This document shows positions 26,401-34,178 of a stretch of DNA of 36,611 bases, in pieces. A model generated the notes under the pieces. It had not been told where the DNA came from and ran no database searches. It was given only the letters and a program-made list of their open reading frames with translations. This stretch comes from Flammeovirgaceae bacterium (GTDB taxonomy: Bacteria > Bacteroidota > Bacteroidia > Cytophagales > Flammeovirgaceae). Position 1 is the stretch's first letter, and each line of letters begins with the position of its first letter. Location of the stretch: contig JBMYQA010000024.1 of the NCBI GenBank assembly GCA_049600855.1, positions 1-36,611 on the forward strand, in the 5' to 3' direction. The position numbers and the translations under genes were made by a program.

Positions 26401-28225
26401 ATAAGGTATAGTCGCCATCTGTAAACGATTCATCCGAGCTTAAATAATTACTAGCTCCTTTATATTCTAATCGTATGGCCTGTCCTGATTGTGCCGAAAC
26501 AAACCCCCGAGTGCTTCCGAAAAAGCTGAAAGCACCATCTCCTGAACTCGCATCTGTATAGCTTGTAGGTGCGAGTGTTGCATCTACTACAAATGGAGTT
26601 CCAGTATCTTGATTTCCTCCCATGTAACGATTATCCGCACTATCTGCTGGAATATTGATGTGATAGTATTGCAGTGCATTATAATGCAAGTTTTTCGTTT
26701 CCCAAGTAACAGGGTCTTGCGAGCCTGTAGCCGTAATATCAGTTGTTTTGGAAATCCCCCCATCATGTCCCGACCAAGCTGTTGACGTATTGGTAGGATG
26801 AAAGAAAAAACCTTGTTGATCTGCATGATGTGCTGGGTATTGAGAGATATCATTCGCACCGCTATAGCCTCCGATCCAAGTATCATTTTGAGCTGGCGCT
26901 GCGCTTAATGAAGATACATCAGCAAAGCGGAACAAGTTTGTTGCTCCAAACACCACAAAATCTGGATCATCTTGTTTTACCGCCAAAATCATGTTATAGC
27001 TTCCTTGCGTTAACGTACCCACACTTCCTGCGTAATCAGGTATGTAACTGGTTAATTCTGTAGAAGATACTGAGCCACCACCGTTTAAGTCATAAACAAA
27101 CATTTCATAACCTGTAGTAGAACTTGTTGAGGTAAACGAGTACAAGACATCATTATCGGATGGTGCTAAAGCCAATACGGTTCGAAAATGTGAAGTAGGA
27201 AAGCCTGAAGGGGTAATGTCTGTCCAATTGGTTCCATCATTAGTAGAACGGTAAATTCCTTGAACAGCTGGAGAACTTACCCCACAAATGTCTGAAGCAT
27301 TGCTCAGTGAAATAATTACATCGCCATCATCGGTAATCACTACATCAGAGTACCTTGGGCAAGAGGAAATGACACCTCCCATGGGGTCAGTTTTAGTAAA
27401 TGTAGCTCCATCATCATCCGATTTGAATATGCCAAAAGCTGCACTAGCAACATAGATATCGCCATTTGTGGGGTTTATGGCAATTTTATTTACTGCATTA
27501 AACAAATTACCAATGCCCGTAGCTATGGTATCCGCTGTAGTTGTATTTCGGGTAAAGAGCACATTCCCACTATTTCTATAGGTATTGAATGCCCATGTAT
27601 CGCCATTATCGGTTGACGTAAATAGACCTGAACCATAAAAAATAGCTGTAGAACCTCTGTCACTAGCACTATTTCCTTCAATTTCACCACCTGCATAATA
27701 CCAAGTTTGACTCCCCCCTGTAGTATCTTGTACTATTGTTGTAACACTTTGGCTATAACTCGGATCACTCGTCAAGGTCCAACTTTCACCAGCATCCGTA
27801 CTTTTGAACACCCCGCCAGATACCCCACCAGCTAACATAATCGTAGGATTATTTTGATCATACGCCAAAGCGCGTGTTCGTCCTCCAATATCCTTAATTC
27901 CAACTTCTGACCAAACGTAACTAATCGAGCTTGTTGTACGCTGACCAGCTTTTCGGTCATTAAATGCCTTATCAAACGCTAATTCTTTCGTTCGAATGTT
28001 TTCAGGAATTTTATTGGTTACAGGATCTCTAAGCATATTAAAGAAGTATTCTCCTCTGCGCTTTTTTCGCTCAATTTTCGAGAACTTCTCAATGCCAACT
28101 TCATCTTGAGGAATCGTTACCCATATAAACCAGGCAAGTAAGCTAAATAGCAATGTCCATGTGAATTGCTTATTTAAGCCAGTTTTGTAGTTGGCAATTA
28201 ACAGATTAAAGAATTTAATCTTCAT
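23456..28225 (-). CDS. Large secreted BNR/Asp-box repeat (beta-propeller) protein with IPT/TIG domain and T9SS C-terminal sorting domain
   Basis: 1589 aa; N-terminal signal anchor; repeated Asp-box motifs S-x-D-x-G-x-T-W/F (STDAGESW, STDNGDTW, SDDDGATF, STNDGTNW, TSDGGTTWS); IPT/TIG-like segment (ITGFSSPCGEAGEDLTITGTDFSGVSSVSFNG...TSGTVSVTTPGG); C-terminal KGIYIIQVKNNKGLSAKKIYVGQ resembles a T9SS CTD. Confidence 0.85.
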   Translation of the reverse strand: MKIKFFNLLIANYKTGLNKQFTWTLLFSLLAWFIWVTIPQDEVGIEKFSKIERKKRRGEYFFNMLRDPVTNKIPENIRTKELAFDKAFNDRKAGQRTTSSISYVWSEVGIKDIGGRTRALAYDQNNPTIMLAGGVSGGVFKSTDAGESWTLTSDPSYSQSVTTIVQDTTGGSQTWYYAGGEIEGNSASDRGSTAIFYGSGLFTSTDNGDTWAFNTYRNSGNVLFTRNTTTADTIATGIGNLFNAVNKIAINPTNGDIYVASAAFGIFKSDDDGATFTKTDPMGGVISSCPRYSDVVITDDGDVIISLSNASDICGVSSPAVQGIYRSTNDGTNWTDITPSGFPTSHFRTVLALAPSDNDVLYSFTSTSSTTGYEMFVYDLNGGGSVSSTELTSYIPDYAGSVGTLTQGSYNMILAVKQDDPDFVVFGATNLFRFADVSSLSAAPAQNDTWIGGYSGANDISQYPAHHADQQGFFFHPTNTSTAWSGHDGGISKTTDITATGSQDPVTWETKNLHYNALQYYHINIPADSADNRYMGGNQDTGTPFVVDATLAPTSYTDASSGDGAFSFFGSTRGFVSAQSGQAIRLEYKGASNYLSSDESFTDGDYTLFRPRSNTGRYQFIQAYVVDPNNEEYVYFPSHTANLSSGTFNAELWRHTSIASTSVGDQTIYGTGDGWEEMTAVETTVSAAISNASSISAIEVSTSPADVLYFGASQFQGSAATASPKVYKITNAHTAAVSTVPTDITPATTNWPAGGWIHDIAVNPEDADEVIVVISNYNVVGVFYTSDGGTTWSEIEGDLIGNGSDPGPSIRSAAIHTYNSTTCYLVGTSTGLYGTSTLNGSSTAWTQLGTSEIGNTIVQSLAIRNVDGMVMVGTHGRGAFRGQVSSLLVTPTITGFSSPCGEAGEDLTITGTDFSGVSSVSFNGTDAPIFTVTSATSITVTIPTGATSGTVSVTTPGGTANSSDDFIIVGTTFSGGTWSNGAPTASVNAKIASAYDTDTYGDITCEVLCLEAILTINAAGTVSLSGDLFGGSNLTAETGSTVTLEGVALQTISGSFYNLTINNAAGAALDAASSISGALTLTNGNLASGGNLTLKSSAAETAIVVNTSGSVTGNVTMERYIDAGTTNGYRYFAAPVTGATVNEFSGDVGLSFEGIGVTFSPSNGGEYNLITPFPNVYYYDESLVQSGTVSSGTFTGELKDQAEYGWETPSATSMSMNAGQGFAIRVSSDGVVDIGNGTLNTGNVAVSITNGGQTNSGWNLIGNPYPSPLDWNAIYDDADNTTDVDATVYLFDATAEYTGVNRGYNAASDVGVNGGAKDIAAMQGFFVMATGNHTLNLKNTHRLTSNSGVSFLRTQRDSPEKEGLLRLQLADEDNRTDELVLYFIDGAVDTWDVYDARKFFNSSSDYPLIMSYQADGDHHLMMDCRAPLGNDLVSIPLNILAARTGTHQIKVGELTNFPVNTEIYLEDRVTGLLTDLQNSAGPFITLTKGEEVANRFVVHFRVEGVTSLEDELADRGVSIFAAGQQVHLQFADGPSAISEVRVLDSSGKTLMQFRNSYIQHTFTLPRKGIYIIQVKNNKGLSAKKIYVGQ

Positions 28226-28745
28226 GTTTTAGCAAATTAATATTGAATGATGATTTTGTTAAAAACAGGCTCTTAGTACTCCTTTGTCACTTTAAAAGTA
28301 GTATTAGAGTTAGGTACAATAAAAGTGACCCTATTTAGGGTTTCCTTTGTGTCAATTAGTACCAAACTTACAACTCTATTTACAATTTAATGATTGAGTC
28401 TATACACCTAAAAAACATTGAGAGTGCTAGTCATATTGTGATTTATTACTTACCTAGTGTTGCGTTTGATTTATTCTTATGATGCTTTCCAGCATATTAA
28501 CTTGTGGGTAACTTCTAAAAAAGTTCAAATTTTCACACCAATACAAGAGAGGTCACTAAATTAATGACTGTTGATGACAAGTAAAATGTAATTGAATAAA
28601 TAAGGAGAGATACCTTCCGTTTTTCTTTTTTAAGTATATCCATTAACCAAGTTATTCTCAATCCGAAAAGACGATTGTAGCCAAATGCGTCATAAACACT
28701 AATATATGCTTAATTATAAATCTCATTTAAACTTCGGGCAAGCGC

Positions 28746-28779
28746 CATAAAAAAGCATAAGACACGAATGCCTTATGCT
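28746..28779 (-). terminator. Rho-independent terminator of the GPP34-family gene
   Basis: 8-bp stem agcataag/cttatgct with 10-nt loop; on the minus strand it is followed by TTTTTATGG (plus-strand ccataaaaa). Confidence 0.6.
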
Positions 28780-28804
28780 CATTTATCGGTGGAGTTTTGG
28801 TAAT

Positions 28805-29476
28805 TTATTGAATTGCTGCATTTATTGCAATCATCGTTGTAGTTACTGTAATAGCTGTTTCTATATTTTGAACCGCTTGTCGGATACCTTTGCCAATTTC
28901 TTCTTTCTCAATCAATTGAATAATTCGCTCCTGAACATGACTGTCTTTTGCTGCCTCTCCAAATACTTCCTTTGTGAGTTTACAAACTTTCAGTAAGCTC
29001 AATAATAAGATGTCTATTTCTTCGGCAGGTTGCTGCTGCAATACAACCGCTTTGAGTCGCTTCCGAACGGCATTTTCTGCATCTGGATTTTGAGTGGGAT
29101 ATTTATGATTCGTAAATACCCAAAGGAACTTTTCTTCTCGCTTTTCCAATACGCCTCGCTCAACCAAATCTTGAATGATGGTTTTACGAATTTTTGCGGC
29201 CTTGTTGCCAAATCGCATGATCCAATGATCCACTTTTTTCGCTTGATTTACCGCTTTTATGCTTTCTAATGCTTGATTGAGTAATTCATTTCTCATTGGA
29301 GTGCTATTCACCAACTTCACGCGGTCATCAGCAATCTCAATCCTATTGTTTTTAGATAACTCTAATAATATCGCCCCTCCTAAACTATAAGATAGGCGAA
29401 TATTTTCCGTAATAAACTTTCCACTATGATCATCTAAGGCAATTAATAATAAAGCTTCAGGAAGATTTAATTTCAT
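28805..29476 (-). CDS. GPP34/GOLPH3-family protein
   Basis: N-terminus LPEALLLIALDDHSGKF and overall helical pattern match bacterial GPP34-family proteins (LAEELLLLALDDEKGK-type start); 223 aa. Confidence 0.7.
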   Translation of the reverse strand: MKLNLPEALLLIALDDHSGKFITENIRLSYSLGGAILLELSKNNRIEIADDRVKLVNSTPMRNELLNQALESIKAVNQAKKVDHWIMRFGNKAAKIRKTIIQDLVERGVLEKREEKFLWVFTNHKYPTQNPDAENAVRKRLKAVVLQQQPAEEIDILLLSLLKVCKLTKEVFGEAAKDSHVQERIIQLIEKEEIGKGIRQAVQNIETAITVTTTMIAINAAIQ

Positions 29477-29586
29477 GATTAAAGTAGTTGGTGAATACAG
29501 GAAGGAGTTTTTCTCCTTGTTCGCTTTACTAAATTCCGTATTTGTTTGAAATGTTCCAATAAGTTAACCTGTTCAGTTCTAAAAAT

Positions 29587-29629
29587 AAAAGATTGATAAA
29601 CAAGTTAATTAACTGCTTATCAATCTTTT
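29587..29629. other. Perfect 13-bp stem-loop with a nested 10-nt palindrome in the loop
   Basis: aaaagattgataa / ttatcaatctttt (perfect reverse complements) enclosing acaagttaattaactgc, whose core gttaattaac is itself palindromic; lies between the accC 3' end and the GPP34 gene 5' end. Confidence 0.5.
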
Positions 29630-29647
29630 AAATGACATTAAATGACA

Positions 29648-29700
29648 CTTTTCCTTATCTTGTTGATTGCAAGGAAAAGTTTATCCTAATTTTTTTCGGC
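29648..29700. terminator. Terminator-like hairpin downstream of accC
   Basis: 9-bp perfect stem cttttcctt/aaggaaaag with 14-nt loop; followed on the plus strand by tttatcctaattttttt and on the minus strand by a moderately T-rich run. Confidence 0.45.
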
Positions 29701-29714
29701 ACTGCATCCTGAAA

Positions 29715-31211
29715 TTACCTAAATTTTCTTGCGCGCCATTTACTGTGACTTACTCCTGTAGGCTGCCCATTAGACTGATTAGCGCTTTGTTTACTTCCCA
29801 ATAGATGATGGACTAGCGCCACTGCAATTTCCTCTTCTTGCCCATCATTATTGTCTGCTAACACCTCAGGGGTAAAGTATTTCTCTACGAATTTTGTATC
29901 GAATTGCCCACTGACAAAGGCTTCGTGTCGCAACACATACTTGCAGAATGGTAAAGTAGTTTGAATTCCTGTAATTTGATATTCGTCAATGGCTCGAATC
30001 ATTCGGTCGATGGCTTCTTGACGGTTTTTACCATAAGTCACGAGCTTGGCAATCATGGGGTCATAATAAATCGGAATATCCATGCCTTGCTCAAAGCCAT
30101 CATCTACGCGAACGCCAGCTCCTTGAGGACGTACATAAGTTTTCAGCTTACCGATATCTGGTAAGAAATTATTTTTAGGATCTTCCGCATATACGCGCAC
30201 CTCTATCGAATGCCCGTTAATGGATAAATCTTCTTGTTTAATGGTTAGCGGATGACCTTCAGCCACGCGAATCTGCTCTTTCACCAAATCTACACCCGTA
30301 ATCTGCTCCGTAACTGGATGTTCCACTTGCAAACGGGTATTCATTTCCAAGAAATAATAATTTAGCTCTTGATCAACGATGAATTCAACTGTTCCTGCTC
30401 CAAAATAATTACACGCTTTAGCCACATCAACAGCACATTGTCCCATTTCCTGTCGAATTTCAGGAGTTAATACCGCAGAAGGTGCTTCTTCGATCACCTT
30501 TTGATGCCTTCTTTGAACAGAACATTCCCGTTCAAATAAATGAATGATATTTCCATGCTCATCGCCCAATACCTGAATTTCGATGTGTTTTGGCGAAGTG
30601 ATAAACTTTTCGATAAATACTGCACCATCGCCAAATGCAGATACTGCCTCACTGACGGCTCGATCCATTTGTTCCTCAAAATCTGCCTCGTTTTCTACAA
30701 TTCGCATTCCTTTCCCTCCACCACCAGCACTTGCTTTAATCAGAATGGGATAACCAATTTCAGCGGCGATTTTTTTAGCCGCAGGAATATCGGTAATCGC
30801 CTCTTCGGTACCGGGAACTAGTGGAATATTATATTTAGAAACAGCAGCCTTAGCAGCCAATTTACTTCCCATTATTTCTATCGCCTCAGGAGATGGGCCA
30901 ATGAACTTTATTCCTGCATCAGCCACCATTTGGGCAAAAGCAGCATTTTCAGATAAAAAGCCATAACCAGGATGAATGGCATCAACATTCAGCGTTTTGC
31001 ACACTTCAATGATCTTTTCCCCTCTCAAATAAGATTCTGAAGATGCGGGAGGACCGATTAACACGGCTTCATCGGCTTCTCGTACATGGAGTGAGTTCCG
31101 ATCTGCTTCACTAAAAACAGCAACCGTTTTAATACCCATTTCCTTGGCTGACCGAATTACTCGCAAAGCAATCTCTCCTCGATTGGCGATCAATATTTTC
31201 TGAATGTTCAT
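29715..31211 (-). CDS. accC: Biotin carboxylase (acetyl-CoA carboxylase subunit or related biotin-dependent carboxylase)
   Basis: N-terminus KILIANRGEIALRVIRSAKEMGIKTVAVFSEADRNSLHV, ATP-grasp region GYPILIKASAGGGGKGMRIV and EMNTRLQVEHPVTE are canonical biotin carboxylase motifs; 498 aa with a ~45-aa C-terminal extension. Confidence 0.9.
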   Translation of the reverse strand: MNIQKILIANRGEIALRVIRSAKEMGIKTVAVFSEADRNSLHVREADEAVLIGPPASSESYLRGEKIIEVCKTLNVDAIHPGYGFLSENAAFAQMVADAGIKFIGPSPEAIEIMGSKLAAKAAVSKYNIPLVPGTEEAITDIPAAKKIAAEIGYPILIKASAGGGGKGMRIVENEADFEEQMDRAVSEAVSAFGDGAVFIEKFITSPKHIEIQVLGDEHGNIIHLFERECSVQRRHQKVIEEAPSAVLTPEIRQEMGQCAVDVAKACNYFGAGTVEFIVDQELNYYFLEMNTRLQVEHPVTEQITGVDLVKEQIRVAEGHPLTIKQEDLSINGHSIEVRVYAEDPKNNFLPDIGKLKTYVRPQGAGVRVDDGFEQGMDIPIYYDPMIAKLVTYGKNRQEAIDRMIRAIDEYQITGIQTTLPFCKYVLRHEAFVSGQFDTKFVEKYFTPEVLADNNDGQEEEIAVALVHHLLGSKQSANQSNGQPTGVSHSKWRARKFR

Positions 31212-31504
31212 TGAATCTAAATTAAATTTAGGTTAAGGAATAGACAAAGTTGCACATTGAGGATTGAAAAGAAAAGTTTTAGCCGATGAGCTTGTATAAA
31301 ATTAATGCGACCAGCTACAATAGAAGCCCCCTACGTATCAAAAAATAGCATTGCCTTTTAGAGGCTGTCTTAAAATATATTCTTAATTTTTTTAGGTGAA
31401 TTTTATAACTAATCTCAAAACAATCTCTAAGAGGTTGCCTTATTTAAAATTAGGAACCAAACACTCAAAAACAATCAAATGGATATTAATTCAACATCAT
31501 CCAA

Positions 31505-32503
31505 TTACTCCGCATTTAGTCGTACCATCACTGGACGATGATCCGATAATATGGTAGGATAGCTTGAATTACAAACATTGACTTTCAGCACTTGCGTATC
31601 TACCACACGATCAAAGAGTTCATTTGTAATCAAAATATGATCTAAGTGGCTCGGCCAAGAAGGATAGCTCCAATTGGATGAATTTCCTCTGGCGATATCT
31701 TCATCAACAAACTTATAATTGAAAGAGTCATTACTGAAATTGGCAAATACATCATCAGACTCAAAGATTTCATCATTGTAATCTCCTAAAAGCACCACAT
31801 TATCGTTTGGAAGGTTGGTGTCAATATAAGATTTTAACAAAACACTGGCCGCAGCTCTCCGATCACGCCCATCACTACAACACTTCAAGTGGATATTAAT
31901 CAATGTTACTTCTAAACCCGATTTGTGCGTAACTGTCATCAAAACGGGCTGTCGTGGAAAAGCATCCCGATCATCATCATAAATGGTAGAAGTCTCACTC
32001 ACTTGAACAATTTCAGAGGTTTTATATAAAAAACCTAAATCCTGACCCAAATGTACATTATGAAATGCGGCTTCGTAGCCTTGTAATCGGGAAGCTAAGG
32101 CCAAAAAATCAGATTGAGAACGCAATTCCTGTATTGCAATCACATCAGGATACATGTTACGCACTACTTCGGCAGCTAAATCGATGCTGTTAGCTCCTTC
32201 CATCGGGAAGTTTTCGATATTCCAAGTAACAATATCTAAGGTATTGGTATCTAATACATTAAAGCAACTTTGATATTGCGCATCAATGATGTGTCCAGGA
32301 TCATTTCCAGTGCTGCCTCCTGACCCACCACCTCCAGGGGTTTGAGGTGGAATATCAGCAATATCTTCTTGACATGCGCCAAGAACAACAGTCAATATCA
32401 AAAATGAAAATAAATTTCTGAGTGTAGCAATGTTCCTTTTCATTTGCGTCATTTTCTTAACGGTAAACACCTTGTTAATTTGGTTTATCCTACCCTGCTT
32501 CAA
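31505..32503 (-). CDS. Endonuclease/exonuclease/phosphatase (EEP) family lipoprotein; true start probably M21 (nt 32443)
   Basis: DIVTWNIENFP...DVIAIQEL and C-terminal SDHRPVMV are EEP hallmarks; from M21 the N-terminus MKRNIATLRNLFSFLILTVVLGAC is a lipoprotein signal with lipobox. Confidence 0.75.
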   Translation of the reverse strand: MKQGRINQINKVFTVKKMTQMKRNIATLRNLFSFLILTVVLGACQEDIADIPPQTPGGGGSGGSTGNDPGHIIDAQYQSCFNVLDTNTLDIVTWNIENFPMEGANSIDLAAEVVRNMYPDVIAIQELRSQSDFLALASRLQGYEAAFHNVHLGQDLGFLYKTSEIVQVSETSTIYDDDRDAFPRQPVLMTVTHKSGLEVTLINIHLKCCSDGRDRRAAASVLLKSYIDTNLPNDNVVLLGDYNDEIFESDDVFANFSNDSFNYKFVDEDIARGNSSNWSYPSWPSHLDHILITNELFDRVVDTQVLKVNVCNSSYPTILSDHRPVMVRLNAE

Positions 32504-32660
32504 CCAAAGGTAAAGTGTTGTAGCAGGGGGTATTCAATCAATAGCTTATTCAAACCTCATAAATAAACTGGTACAAGCAGCTACCTGAACGAGTTTGTAG
32601 TTAATGATTTAGCTACTTGCCTAGATTTCAGTTAGCCCCATAGATAAAGCAAATTTTCGC

Positions 32661-33680
32661 CTATTTTGTTCCGCCAATGAATAAATAAACTGGAAAATGA
32701 TCACTATAACCGCCTTTATAAGCGCCTCCAGCATAAGTTCTAAATGGATAACCAGCCCATTGTCCATCCTTTACATGCATCCATTCTGGAGAAAATACCT
32801 TAAAAGAACCAGTTACATAAAATACATCTTTTGTATTTTGCTTCAGTAACGATTGTGAAATGATAAGTTGATCAAACAAATTGAATACCCCTCTATATTT
32901 TAATGAGCCATAGCCTTGCTTGAAAAACTTCATGCCTGTATTGTATAAATCACCCTTTTCCATTTTCTTCAGCTTATTGCTCGCTCGCAATTCATTTTTA
33001 ATACTTTTATTGGTAGGGTCATCATTAAAATCGCCCATTAATATGATTTTGGCATCTGCATTCACTCCTTGAATAGAGTCTACCACTGACCGCGCCAATT
33101 GCCCAGCCATAATCCGTTTATCCTCTTTTCCCCCTCTTCTTGAAGGCCAGTGATTTACCAAAATGTGTAGGGTATCTCTTTTTTGGAATAAACCTTTTAC
33201 ATACAAAATATCCCGTGTCAAAAAATCTTCGTCCTCAGGATCTTCAAATTTTACCGTTTGTGTAGCGAAAGGTACAAAAACACGCGGGTTGTACAACAAC
33301 GCACAATCAATTCCTCTGCGATCAGGCGCATCAAAATGTACCACTTGGTACGCTTTATTTTTCAATTCAGGGCGCATGGCTAAGTCTTGCACTACTTTCC
33401 GATTTTCTACCTCGCAAAGTCCCAAAATATCAGGCCCGCCTCCAATCGAAGAAATTACCTTAGCCAAGTTGTGCAATTTTTTCTCGTAGCGTTCAGCTGT
33501 CCATTTATTTCTACCATCGGGTAAAAAGTCCTCATCTCGCTTTTCGGGGTCATCTTCTGTATCAAATAAATTTTCTACGTTGTAAAATCCAACAATCCCT
33601 AAAACTTCATGCTTTTGTTGTGCTTGAGTCCCCCCAATCAACACAATCATGAGTAATGCTAGTAATACGTTCTTTTTCAT
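32661..33680 (-). CDS. Secreted endonuclease/exonuclease/phosphatase (EEP) family protein
   Basis: Signal peptide MKKNVLLALLMIVLIGGTQA; motifs GIVGFYNVENLFD, ILGLCEVEN, and C-terminal GYSDHFPV typical of EEP-fold nucleases/phosphatases. Confidence 0.75.
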   Translation of the reverse strand: MKKNVLLALLMIVLIGGTQAQQKHEVLGIVGFYNVENLFDTEDDPEKRDEDFLPDGRNKWTAERYEKKLHNLAKVISSIGGGPDILGLCEVENRKVVQDLAMRPELKNKAYQVVHFDAPDRRGIDCALLYNPRVFVPFATQTVKFEDPEDEDFLTRDILYVKGLFQKRDTLHILVNHWPSRRGGKEDKRIMAGQLARSVVDSIQGVNADAKIILMGDFNDDPTNKSIKNELRASNKLKKMEKGDLYNTGMKFFKQGYGSLKYRGVFNLFDQLIISQSLLKQNTKDVFYVTGSFKVFSPEWMHVKDGQWAGYPFRTYAGGAYKGGYSDHFPVYLFIGGTK

Positions 33681-34122
33681 TGTCCTTATGCTAAAAATTT
33701 GATTCGCTTGAGCGAGTTATTGCTAAAAAGTGAAACCTTATCCTTCTCTTTTACCTAGACTAGTGCTAGGCCGTTCATTCTGAAAATTTCAGCCTGCAAA
33801 TATAACTAGAACTATTTCGATTTTCCCAAGTTGATTAATCCTTAAACTACAATTTTGTATTTAAAAAGTCCTATAAATGCAAAAAGTAGCATTAAGTACA
33901 CTTAAGCTTAAACTAAATTTTATATACAGCTTGCCTGTTTTCCTTTTTTAACCTTCAACTTGTTCGATCGTAAAGCGAGGCTGCGAAAAAAGCTGCAATA
34001 ATGAATCCAAGAAATGTTAAAAAAAAGTGAAAAGAAACTGATTGAGTGGCACTTAGAAAGCAGTAACTTTTTAAGAATCAGATTTGTTTAGGCAAATTCG
34101 CCCATTTATCATTCGATTTTTT

Positions 34123-34130
34123 TACTTTTG
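34123..34130 (+). promoter_or_regulatory. Candidate Bacteroidota -7 promoter box (TACTTTTG) upstream of the TonB-dependent receptor
   Basis: Exact TAnnTTTG match 49 nt upstream of the 34179 start codon; no clear -33 element. Confidence 0.25.
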
Positions 34131-34178
34131 CACGGCTTTTTTCAAAAGCTGTTGAAATAATCATAAACCTTCCTGTGT

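Noticed and set aside
29014-29269. Two small ORFs (65 and 79 aa) on either strand within the GPP34-family gene
   Set aside because: They are fully embedded in a well-supported CDS with no independent support.
34040-34070. Possible Fur box upstream of the TonB-dependent receptor (gcaataatgaatcc)
   Set aside because: Only a partial match to GATAATGATAATCATTATC; too weak to call.
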